In this document: positions 19,107 to 27,439 of the stretch, piece after piece
Layout: the number at the start of each line of letters is the position of its first letter
Numbering within the stretch: the first letter of the stretch is position 1
NCBI RefSeq assembly: GCF_053078305.1
Contig: NZ_CP166879.1
Direction: 5' to 3' (one strand)
Length of the DNA: 64,000 bases
Translations under genes and position numbers: made by a program
The notes under the pieces: generated by a model
The model's database searches: none
What the model saw: only the letters and a program-made list of their open reading frames with translations
What the model was told of the DNA's origin: nothing

Positions 19107-20415
19107 TTTAGGTTATGCCGCCACGCTTCCCTCAAAAGAGGCGGTGGCATACTTCCGCGCCAAAGGGGCGCATATCAGCTGGAACTGGTTCGAAACAGAC
19201 GCGGATGTTCATGCCCGTTCATTCACGGCGGCAAAAGTGGCACGCCTGGACGTACTGACCACACTACAGGCGGAAGTGCAGCGTGCTGTTGATGAGGGGA
19301 TTTCACAGAAAGCATTTATCCGCACACTGACACCCCGCCTGCAAAAGCTGGGATGGTGGGGAAAGCAGATTGTGGTGGACAGTGCCGGTAACGCGGAAGA
19401 AGTGCAGCTGGGCAGCCCCCGCCGTCTGGCGCTGATTTACAACGTGAACACCCGCGTGGCTTACAATGCCGGGCGTTACACGCAGATGATGAACAACACG
19501 GACACGCATCCGTTCTGGCAGTATGTAGCGGTGATGGACAGCCGCACCCGCCCGGCGCATTCCGCCCTTAACGGGCTGGTATTCCGCTATGACGATCCGT
19601 TCTGGAATACACACTACCCACCCAATGGCTGGAACTGCCGCTGCCGTGTCCGGCCATTGTCTCAGGCCCGTCTGGATGCAATGGGGTTATCCGTTTCATC
19701 CGGTCAGGATCATCTTTCCACCCGCAATGTTGAGGCTGGCGTGGATAAGCAGACCGGAGAAGTCAGAGAAATGCCGGTGACCACATATTCAGATGGCACC
19801 AGAACCATGACACCGGATGTGGGCTGGTCATATAACCCCGGTTCGGCGGCGTTCGGCACAGACCAGGCGCTGATCCGCAAGCTGATCGAAGTGAAAAGCC
19901 CGGCGTTACGGGAAATGGTGGTTCAGGAGATGAACAACAGCCCGGAGCGGCAGCTGGCGTTCCGCATCTGGGCAAAAAACATCATGAAAACCCGGCGAGG
20001 CGGTAACGATATCCGCACGCTGGGCTTTATGACCGAAAGTATTGCGCAGGCGGTGGAAAGCCGGACGGGAACGCCACCGGCCCGCCTGCTGGCGATGAGC
20101 GGTAAAAATGTGCTCCATGCGGACAGCGTGAAACATCAGAATGACGGTATCGCCCTGACGCCGGAGGATTTCGCGCAGCTTCCCGCCATGCTGGCTTCCC
20201 CCGATGCCGTGCTGTGGGATCATGTCCATCAGAACCTGCTTTACATCACTGAAACCCGTGACGGAACGGCAAAGATTGCCGTCAATGCGCCTTATGGTGT
20301 GAAGCGCCAGCCGGATAAGCTGGATGTGGTAATTAATGCTTACCGGGTAAATAAATTTGATATTGAAAAAGCAATAGAGGGCGGAAAGCTGGAACTACTG
20401 GAAGGTAAATTGTAA
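19090..20415 (+). CDS. Mu F-like head morphogenesis protein
   Basis: 441 aa ORF in the expected position after portal. Confidence 0.75.
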   Translation: MAQGIDLGYAATLPSKEAVAYFRAKGAHISWNWFETDADVHARSFTAAKVARLDVLTTLQAEVQRAVDEGISQKAFIRTLTPRLQKLGWWGKQIVVDSAGNAEEVQLGSPRRLALIYNVNTRVAYNAGRYTQMMNNTDTHPFWQYVAVMDSRTRPAHSALNGLVFRYDDPFWNTHYPPNGWNCRCRVRPLSQARLDAMGLSVSSGQDHLSTRNVEAGVDKQTGEVREMPVTTYSDGTRTMTPDVGWSYNPGSAAFGTDQALIRKLIEVKSPALREMVVQEMNNSPERQLAFRIWAKNIMKTRRGGNDIRTLGFMTESIAQAVESRTGTPPARLLAMSGKNVLHADSVKHQNDGIALTPEDFAQLPAMLASPDAVLWDHVHQNLLYITETRDGTAKIAVNAPYGVKRQPDKLDVVINAYRVNKFDIEKAIEGGKLELLEGKL

Positions 20416-20495
20416 GCCGGTGACGGGGGTCGAACCCGCATAAACATATGACCCCTGAGGGTTTATGCCGCTTTACCAGTTAAGAGTACACCGGC
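20416..20495 (-). ncRNA. tRNA-like element (acceptor stem and T-arm recognisable; anticodon arm not resolved)
   Basis: Minus strand reads GCCGGTG…GCGGG-TTCGACC-CCCGT-CACCGGC: 7 bp acceptor stem and GGTTCGA-type T-loop; an internal 8 bp helix GCATAAAC/GTTTATGC encloses CCTCAGGGG. No encoded CCA. Confidence 0.3.
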
Positions 20496-20533
20496 CTGTA
20501 TTTATTTTAATCAGATAGTTTTAAGGAGGCAAC

Positions 20534-21007
20534 ATGTCATCCATCGATGCAGCCGTGGTGGTGGACGTTGCGCGTCTCCAGCGGGTCTTTGCCCGGCTTC
20601 AGTTTGTGGGTGGTGGAAAAGACCTGGCCCGCAGTGTGGCGGCGAGTCTTCTGTCATCGTCAGAAATGGCGTTTGAACAGGAAAAAGAGCCGGACGGCGA
20701 ACGCTGGCATGACTGGTCAGATCCTTACCGCAAGTGGCGTACCCGTAAGGGATACATGCCCGGCAAAATCCTGACGCTGAACGGCGATCTGGCCCGACGC
20801 CTGACCACGGATTATGGCGACACCTGGGCGCTGATTGGATCAAATGAGCCTTATGCGGCCATTCATCAGTGGGGTGGCCTGCCCGGTATGCCACCGGGAC
20901 CGGCGGCCATTGGTGCACGTCCGTATATGGGCTTTGATCAGGTGGCAGAGCAGGAGATCATGGACGAAATCAGAAAACGCTTTAAAAAGGCCACAGAAAC
21001 GCCTTAA
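20534..21007 (+). CDS. Mu G-like virion morphogenesis protein
   Basis: 157 aa ORF between F and the protease/scaffold gene. Confidence 0.7.
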   Translation: MSSIDAAVVVDVARLQRVFARLQFVGGGKDLARSVAASLLSSSEMAFEQEKEPDGERWHDWSDPYRKWRTRKGYMPGKILTLNGDLARRLTTDYGDTWALIGSNEPYAAIHQWGGLPGMPPGPAAIGARPYMGFDQVAEQEIMDEIRKRFKKATETP

Positions 21008-21183
21008 TTGTTTAAGGTATGCAAATGCATTACCTTACCCCCTTCAGGCGCGTGTCGTGATTTTCTAACCTGTATTTAACGGGCTTTAAAATCTGCGTGA
21101 AGCGCCTTTGTATTTTTCCCCTGGAAGCACTTCCTGAAATCCCGCAAAACCCGCCCTGAAAATTCCCGGCTTATGCTGCCGGA

Positions 21184-22308
21184 ATGAAGACGAAAAACAC
21201 GCCCAAACTTGCTTATGCCATTCTGAATGCCATCAGCCTGTCCGCAGACGGGGACGGTGACTGGTGTCAGATCATGCCAGCCGGTCGGGTAAAGGCCCGT
21301 GACGGTCGCCCGGAAAAACCGGCTGAAGGCTGGCTGATTAACCGTGCGACCGTTGAGCGCATGGTATCCCGGGTTGTGGCGCTCAATCAGCCGGTAAAAA
21401 TTGACTACAACCACCAGACCCTGATTAAGGGGCATCAGGCACCGGCTGCCGGTTTTGTGATGGCCTCACCGGAGAATTTTCGCTTCAGTGAAGAGCGTGG
21501 CTTCGAGGTGCGCCCGAAGTGGAATCCTCCGGCCCTTGAACATCTGCGTAATAACGAATTCCCCTGGTTTTCACCGGTGATTGGCTATGACGAGAGCACC
21601 GGCGAACCTGTCGAACTTCGGATGCTGGCTATTACCGGTGACCCCGGTCTGACCGGCATGAATCCTGTCGCCGCGCTGTCGGCGGATGACCTTTATAACG
21701 CCTTAAACCCTCCTTTAAAGGATACCTCCATGAATGAGCAATTACGCCAGTTGCTGACGGCGCTCGGTCTGACCGTGGCTGACGGTGACGAATTTACGCC
21801 GGAGCTGGGCACGGCAGCGCTGTCTGCCCTCACCGGGATCAAAACCCGTGCGGATGCACACGACAACCTGAAAACACAGGTTGCCAGCCTGTCGGCAGAG
21901 CTGGAAACCGCAAAAGGCACACCGGCTGGCGGCAGTATTGATCTGACGAAATACGTGCCTGTTGAAACGTATAACGCCCTGCGTACCGAATACGTTGCGC
22001 TGTCGGCGCAGCACGGCAGCACCACGCTGGAGCAGGTGCTGGACAAGGCTGAATCCGAAGGGCGCATCTTCAAAAGCGAACGCGGCTATCTGGAACAACT
22101 GGGCGGGCAGATTGGCGTGGCGGCACTTTCTGCACAGCTTGACGCCCGCCAGCCGGTTGCGGCCCTGACCGGCCTTCAGACCGACACCGTGACCGTGCCG
22201 GATAAAAAGACTGCCACCGCTGTGCTGTCGGCTGAAGATATCGCGGCCGCCAAACTGCTGGGTAAAACCGAAGCCGAGTTCCTGAAAATGAAAGAGGAAA
22301 TGCAATAA
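21184..22308 (+). CDS. Mu I-like head protease/scaffold protein
   Basis: 374 aa ORF directly upstream of the major head gene. Confidence 0.75.
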   Translation: MKTKNTPKLAYAILNAISLSADGDGDWCQIMPAGRVKARDGRPEKPAEGWLINRATVERMVSRVVALNQPVKIDYNHQTLIKGHQAPAAGFVMASPENFRFSEERGFEVRPKWNPPALEHLRNNEFPWFSPVIGYDESTGEPVELRMLAITGDPGLTGMNPVAALSADDLYNALNPPLKDTSMNEQLRQLLTALGLTVADGDEFTPELGTAALSALTGIKTRADAHDNLKTQVASLSAELETAKGTPAGGSIDLTKYVPVETYNALRTEYVALSAQHGSTTLEQVLDKAESEGRIFKSERGYLEQLGGQIGVAALSAQLDARQPVAALTGLQTDTVTVPDKKTATAVLSAEDIAAAKLLGKTEAEFLKMKEEMQ

Positions 22309-23255
22309 TGCCTACCCCGATTACACCGGCGATGATCACCGCCCTGATGACGGGCTACCGTTCTGATTTTCAGGCCGGGATGTCCATGGCCCCGTCGCAG
22401 TACAAAAAAATTGCGATGACCGTGCCCTCCACATCGAAATCCAACACCTACGGCTGGCTGGGGCATGCGCCTCATTTTCGTGAGTGGATTGGTTCTCGTG
22501 TGATCCAGAAAATGAAAGCGCACGGTTATTCCATTGTAAACAAGACCTGGGAAGATACCGTCCCTGTTAATCGTGATGATTTTGAGGACGATAATCTCGG
22601 TATTTACTCGCCTTTATTTCAGGAGCTTGGTCGTGCCGCTGCTGTTCAGCCGGATGAGCTTGTATTTGCTGCTCTGCGTGATGGTCTGAAAAGTGCGTGT
22701 TACGACGGTCAGAACTTCTTTGATACCGAACACCCCGTCTACCCAAATGTGGATGGTACCGGTGATGTGGCGCTGGTCAGCAACATGTTTGTGGCAAAAA
22801 CCGGCTCTGTCGGTGCACAGGCAGATTACAGCGGACCGGCCTGGTATCTGCTCGACTGCTCCCGTGCAATAAAACCCATCATCTATCAGAGCCGCCGCAA
22901 GGTTGAACTGGTTGCACAGACAAAAATTGATGAAGGTCGCGCATTCACTGATAACGAGTTTGTGTTCGGTGCATCCGTTCGTCACAACGTGGGCTACGGC
23001 TTCTGGCAGATGGCCTACATGATGCAGTCACCGCTGACGCTGGATGCGCTGTGGCATGGCTGGTCCGCCATGCGTGAGTTTACCGCTGACGGTGGCCGCA
23101 AACTCGGCATCAAACCCACCCATATTGTTGTCCCCACCTCGCTGGAAAAACAGGCGGTGCAGCTGCTGGAGCGTGAACTGTTCGCAGACGGAAACGCAAC
23201 CGTCTCTAACGAGATGAAGGGCAAGCTGGAGCTGGTTGTCGCGGATTATCTGTAA
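22308..23255 (+). CDS. major head subunit (Mu T-like)
   Basis: 315 aa ORF, start overlaps the I stop. Confidence 0.8.
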   Translation: MPTPITPAMITALMTGYRSDFQAGMSMAPSQYKKIAMTVPSTSKSNTYGWLGHAPHFREWIGSRVIQKMKAHGYSIVNKTWEDTVPVNRDDFEDDNLGIYSPLFQELGRAAAVQPDELVFAALRDGLKSACYDGQNFFDTEHPVYPNVDGTGDVALVSNMFVAKTGSVGAQADYSGPAWYLLDCSRAIKPIIYQSRRKVELVAQTKIDEGRAFTDNEFVFGASVRHNVGYGFWQMAYMMQSPLTLDALWHGWSAMREFTADGGRKLGIKPTHIVVPTSLEKQAVQLLERELFADGNATVSNEMKGKLELVVADYL

Positions 23256-23298
23256 ATGGTGAGCCGGGCTTACGGCCCGGCCCCTGCGGAGGGCAAAT

Positions 23299-23730
23299 AT
23301 GAATGAACATCACACTGTGGCAGCAACAGATGATTCAGGTCTTCAGATCAGTGGTGACAATTCTGTCACGGTGCTGGCAGAAGTGCGTTGCAGTCGTTCG
23401 GCGTTTCGTCGTGCGGGGTTCCTGTTCACGCGTGGACGTCAGCAGGTTGAGGTCACCCCGGAGCAGCTTGCCCGACTGGAGGCGGAGCCATGCCTCACTG
23501 TGCGAATACTACAGACGTCTGCTGATGATGCGGGGAGCGTGGCGGGTGTGGTTCATGCAGTGGCCTGTACAGATTTAGCCGAAGCCGAAGCCGAAGCCGA
23601 AGCCGAAGCCGAAGCCGAAGCCGAAGCCGAAGCCGAAGCCGAAGCCGAAGCCGAAGCCGAAGCCGGACAGGATGCTCCCCGGAAAAAGACCGGTAACAAA
23701 GCGAAACAGGCGAAAAAGGCCCGCGCATGA
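23299..23730 (+). CDS. hypothetical head-region protein with (AE)14 repeat and basic C-terminal tail
   Basis: 143 aa; in-frame hexanucleotide repeat encodes alternating Ala-Glu, then PRKKTGNKAKQAKKARA. Confidence 0.5.
   Translation: MNEHHTVAATDDSGLQISGDNSVTVLAEVRCSRSAFRRAGFLFTRGRQQVEVTPEQLARLEAEPCLTVRILQTSADDAGSVAGVVHAVACTDLAEAEAEAEAEAEAEAEAEAEAEAEAEAEAGQDAPRKKTGNKAKQAKKARA
23581..23664. repeat. perfect tandem repeat (GAAGCC)x14
   Basis: Directly visible, 84 bp, in frame within the CDS at 23299-23730. Confidence 0.95.
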
Positions 23731-24146
23731 ATTACGCCACTGAAACCGATATGCGGGCGCGTTACCGCGAGGATTTGCTCAGGCCGTTACTGGCTGTGCC
23801 CCGTTCGGATGAGCCGGACACGCGCAAGCTGAACCGGGCGCTGACAGATGCGTCAGCCCTTATCGACAGCTATCTGTCCGCCCGTTACACGCTGCCGCTG
23901 GAGGTTATTCCGGCCGTTCTTGTTCAGCACTGTTGCGCGATTGCCTTTTATTACCTGTGCGATCAGCGAGCCTCCGATCAGGCGCGTGACCGTTACCGTG
24001 AAGCGCTGGCCTGGCTGAAAGATGTCATGAACGGCAATGTGCCGGTCGGTGTGGATACGAACGGTGCGGCCCCTGAATCCGGGGATTTACCACAGGTTCT
24101 GTCTGATGCAGCGGTATTCGGGCGCAACCAGAAGGGCTTCATATGA
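23727..24146 (+). CDS. head-tail joining protein (Mu gp36-like)
   Basis: 139 aa ORF in conserved position after the head genes. Confidence 0.55.
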   Translation: MNYATETDMRARYREDLLRPLLAVPRSDEPDTRKLNRALTDASALIDSYLSARYTLPLEVIPAVLVQHCCAIAFYYLCDQRASDQARDRYREALAWLKDVMNGNVPVGVDTNGAAPESGDLPQVLSDAAVFGRNQKGFI

Positions 24147-24703
24147 TTACGGAAACCGAACAGGCATACATCGCCCGTATCCGTGAGTATTTCGGGAATG
24201 AACTGGTGTCTGTTGACACGCATCCCGGCGACTGGAGCGACAGCGTACTGCGCACCATGCTGATTAACGCCCCGGCGATCTACGTTGCCTGGCTGGGTGC
24301 CGGTGAAGGCCGTACCCGTGGTCGTCTGGTCAGTCACTGGGTGTTCTACGTCATCGGCGACATGCTCAACGGGCGTGAGGCCAGCCGTCCCGGACTGTAT
24401 CAGATTGTGGCCCGGCTGATTGCCGTGCTTAACGGCTTCAGAACAGAAAAAACCTCACCGCTTTACTTTGAAAAGGCGGTCAACGGTTACACCGAAACCC
24501 AGGCGGACAGTGGTGCGGTGATGTATGCGCTTTATTTCTCCTGCGAGGAAATGATCGCGCCACTGACGGATATCAGCTCGCTGGACGACTTCCTGCGTCA
24601 TTACGAAACCTTTGTGGAGCCGCCCGGTACGCCGCCGTTTGAGGCACATATTGATTTGCCGGGGAACACGACAACGGCGGTCGAACCGCCGGAGGAACTG
24701 TAA
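24143..24703 (+). CDS. Mu gp37-like protein
   Basis: 186 aa ORF, overlapping start. Confidence 0.55.
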   Translation: MITETEQAYIARIREYFGNELVSVDTHPGDWSDSVLRTMLINAPAIYVAWLGAGEGRTRGRLVSHWVFYVIGDMLNGREASRPGLYQIVARLIAVLNGFRTEKTSPLYFEKAVNGYTETQADSGAVMYALYFSCEEMIAPLTDISSLDDFLRHYETFVEPPGTPPFEAHIDLPGNTTTAVEPPEEL

Positions 24704-24949
24704 ATGAAAACCATCTTTATCAAACCCGCGCCGGGACGCCTGATTCGTGATCCCGACACAATGCGCCCGCTGGCACAGGAGGGGGAGGAAAAGCCCTTCA
24801 CGCCGTTCTGGTGTCGGCGTCTTGATGACGGCGATGTCATTCAGGCTGAAAAAGCCGCTGAAGAGGCTCCGGCTGTATCTGCGGATGCAACGACTGCGAC
24901 AGAAAAACCGGTCGCCCAACCGGCATCCGATAAGGAGAAACCGCAATGA
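24704..24949 (+). CDS. hypothetical small protein
   Basis: 81 aa ORF upstream of sheath. Confidence 0.4.
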   Translation: MKTIFIKPAPGRLIRDPDTMRPLAQEGEEKPFTPFWCRRLDDGDVIQAEKAAEEAPAVSADATTATEKPVAQPASDKEKPQ

Positions 24950-26448
24950 TTAATTTTGACGGGATCGGTAATGACCGCCGTATACCGCTGATTGAGGTTG
25001 AGTTTAATAACTCCATGGCTGTCACCGGCACCCCGGCACAGCGTCAGTGTGTACTGCTGTTTGGTCAGGCGAGAATGAAAGAGAATGCCGTGGACGGTAC
25101 CGGTGTTCTGGATGTTCCGGTCAGGATCACCCGTGCGTCTCAGGCAACAGAACTCTGGGGGCGCGGCTCCATGATTGCCCTGATGGTGGCGGAATTTATC
25201 GCCATCAATCCTGATGCTGAACTGTATGCCATTGCTCAGGGGAATGGCACCGGACAGGCAACGGCTGCGGCCATGAATCTGACCGGAACGGTCACCCGTG
25301 ACGGGATTGTTTATGCCTGCGTGGGGGGGCGGCGTTATACACTCCCGGCACCAAAAGGTAAGAAAGGCAAAGAACTGACCGACGAGCTGGCCGCGCTGAT
25401 CAATGCCGATCCTGACGCGCCCTTCACGGCCTCCTCTGGTGCAGGAAGTGGTGATAATGGCGCAGGTCTGAAAGGGTCTCTGGGGATCACCGCCCGCTTT
25501 ACCGGTGAATGCTCCGTGCATGATGTGCGCCTGAACTATCACGACGGGGAAGCAACCCCGGAAGGAATACAGGTCGCTATAGCCTATCCGAAACAAAAAG
25601 CGGCTAACCCGGATATCACCCGAAGCGTGGCGGGTATGGGCGATCGCCAGTACAACTATGTCGTCATGCCCTATAAGGATGATGCAAACCTGAAAATCAT
25701 CAGTGATGAGCTTCTGAAACGCTGGGGACCGGCCAAAATGTCTGACGGCGTGCTGTGGCTGGCACATACCGGCACGTTTGGTGAGGTGCAGGCATTCGGG
25801 GCAAAACGCAATGATTTTCTGGCGACCTGCACATCCATTCCCAAAGCCCCTGAACCGGATTACCTCTGGGCCGCGGCGGTCTGCGCCACCTGTGCACCCT
25901 CTCTGGGAGCAGATCCTGCGCGTCCGCTTCAGACGCTGGCGCTTCCGTCACGCATGGCCCCGGCTCCGGCCGATCGTCTGACGCGTGAAGAGCGTAACAG
26001 TCTGCTGTGGGGAGGGATTGCCTCGGTCAGTGTGGCTGCCGGTGATGTGGTTCAGATCGAACGTCAGGTGACCATGTATCGCCAGAACGTGTACGGCGAA
26101 AGTGATCCCAGCTATCTGGATGTGGAAACCATCTACACCCTCTCCTGGCTGCGTTATTCCCTGCGTACTTTTATCACACAACGTTTTCCGCGCCATAAAC
26201 TGGCTGATGACGGGACGCCCGTTCGTGCCGGTCAGAATATCGTGACGCCGGAGATCATGAAGCTTCAGTTAATTTCGCTGGGTGAAGAGTGGGTGGAACT
26301 CGGGCTGGTCGAAAATCTGGACACCTTTAAAAAGAATCTGCTTGTGGAGCGTAATGCGTCAGATCGAAACCGTCTTGACGTGTTATGCACGCCGGATCTG
26401 GTTAACCAGTTCCGCTTCCTGGCAGCACAGATCCGTTTCATTTTGTGA
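24946..26448 (+). CDS. tail sheath protein
   Basis: 500 aa ORF followed by a ~120 aa tube candidate. Confidence 0.8.
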   Translation: MINFDGIGNDRRIPLIEVEFNNSMAVTGTPAQRQCVLLFGQARMKENAVDGTGVLDVPVRITRASQATELWGRGSMIALMVAEFIAINPDAELYAIAQGNGTGQATAAAMNLTGTVTRDGIVYACVGGRRYTLPAPKGKKGKELTDELAALINADPDAPFTASSGAGSGDNGAGLKGSLGITARFTGECSVHDVRLNYHDGEATPEGIQVAIAYPKQKAANPDITRSVAGMGDRQYNYVVMPYKDDANLKIISDELLKRWGPAKMSDGVLWLAHTGTFGEVQAFGAKRNDFLATCTSIPKAPEPDYLWAAAVCATCAPSLGADPARPLQTLALPSRMAPAPADRLTREERNSLLWGGIASVSVAAGDVVQIERQVTMYRQNVYGESDPSYLDVETIYTLSWLRYSLRTFITQRFPRHKLADDGTPVRAGQNIVTPEIMKLQLISLGEEWVELGLVENLDTFKKNLLVERNASDRNRLDVLCTPDLVNQFRFLAAQIRFIL

Positions 26449-26456
26449 GGTAACGC

Positions 26457-26822
26457 ATGAGCGGAAAACAGTATCAGGGCACGGCCACTATCCGTGTGAA
26501 CGGTCAGGAATACGAGACGCTTGAGGGGGCTACATTTTCTCCGTCAGGTTTTGAACGTGAAGTGGTGAAAGGCGCGAAAGTCTATGGTTACCGCCAGAAA
26601 CCACGTGAAGCGACGCTGGACTGCAAATTTCCGGCAGGCGGAGAAGGCTCACCAGCCGCTGATGAAATCAACAACTGGACTGCGGTCACCATCGAGTTTG
26701 TGGCGGATACCGGCGAAGTCCACATGATGACGAAGGCCTGGAGCAGTGAACCGGCCTCGCTTGACGGTGGCGGGGAGATCTCCGTGAAGTTCGCCAGCGC
26801 CTCCAGTACCCGTGTTCAGTGA
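26457..26822 (+). CDS. tail tube protein
   Basis: 121 aa ORF after the sheath. Confidence 0.7.
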   Translation: MSGKQYQGTATIRVNGQEYETLEGATFSPSGFEREVVKGAKVYGYRQKPREATLDCKFPAGGEGSPAADEINNWTAVTIEFVADTGEVHMMTKAWSSEPASLDGGGEISVKFASASSTRVQ

Positions 26823-27313
26823 TCAGGAAAAATAAAATGACCACACGTAAGAAAAAAACGGCAGTTTCCGATGCCGCCGTGATGGAGGCAATCCGGGAAG
26901 CACTTGAGGGGGCTGATCCACGCACTGCCGGGCTGACAGAGCAACTGGCAAAGGGATATGTGGATCTGCTTGATGGTCTGCCGTTTGGTGAGACCCGTGA
27001 ATATCGTGTCACGTTCCGGGAACTGACTGCGAAAGACAGTATTGACGCAGAAGCAGAAGCCGAGCGCGTGGTGGAGACAAACAATGGCCCGATGCTGATA
27101 GCGTCTCCGTCGTTACGCGGTGTTGCACTGCTGCGCCGTCAGATTGCCGCAGTGGGAGACATTGAGGGTCCGTTGTCACCCCGTCAGATTGGGCGGTTAA
27201 GCGAGCGCGATCTCTCCCGCCTGATGGCAGCGGTCAGCCTGCTGGATACCGCGCTTGCCGGAAAGCTGGCTGCTGACCGGGGGCGATCAGGCGCAGTGTC
27301 GGGATCAGATTGA
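26819..27313 (+). CDS. tail assembly chaperone-like protein
   Basis: 164 aa ORF between tube and tape measure. Confidence 0.5.
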   Translation: MIRKNKMTTRKKKTAVSDAAVMEAIREALEGADPRTAGLTEQLAKGYVDLLDGLPFGETREYRVTFRELTAKDSIDAEAEAERVVETNNGPMLIASPSLRGVALLRRQIAAVGDIEGPLSPRQIGRLSERDLSRLMAAVSLLDTALAGKLAADRGRSGAVSGSD

Positions 27314-27437
27314 AGAAGCGGCAATTATCCTGGGGATGGTGACAAAAAGCGGCCCGGAATGGGCGCTTAACCTCCCCCTGTCGCAACTTTACCGGCACTG
27401 CCGACAGACAGAAAAAATCATCAGAACGAAGCAGTAA
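27255..27437 (+). CDS. overlapping ORF downstream of chaperone (possible frameshift extension)
   Basis: 60 aa ORF in the +1 frame overlapping the chaperone 3' end and ending just before the tape measure start. Confidence 0.3.
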   Translation: MPESWLLTGGDQAQCRDQIEEAAIILGMVTKSGPEWALNLPLSQLYRHCRQTEKIIRTKQ

Positions 27438-27439
27438 GT

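Noticed and set aside
21008-21183. G-I intergenic gap, the position where anti-CRISPR loci sit in Pseudomonas Mu-like phages
   Set aside because: Only 175 bp with no credible ORF or start/SD pair on either strand; it looks like an ordinary promoter or spacer here.
23495-23728. Minus-strand ORF encoding (LR)n
   Set aside because: It is the antisense reading of the (GAAGCC)14 repeat, an artefact of the repeat.
24841-25767. 308 aa minus-strand ORF
   Set aside because: Antisense to the tail sheath gene; the plus-strand gene fits phage gene order and the minus ORF has no supporting signals.
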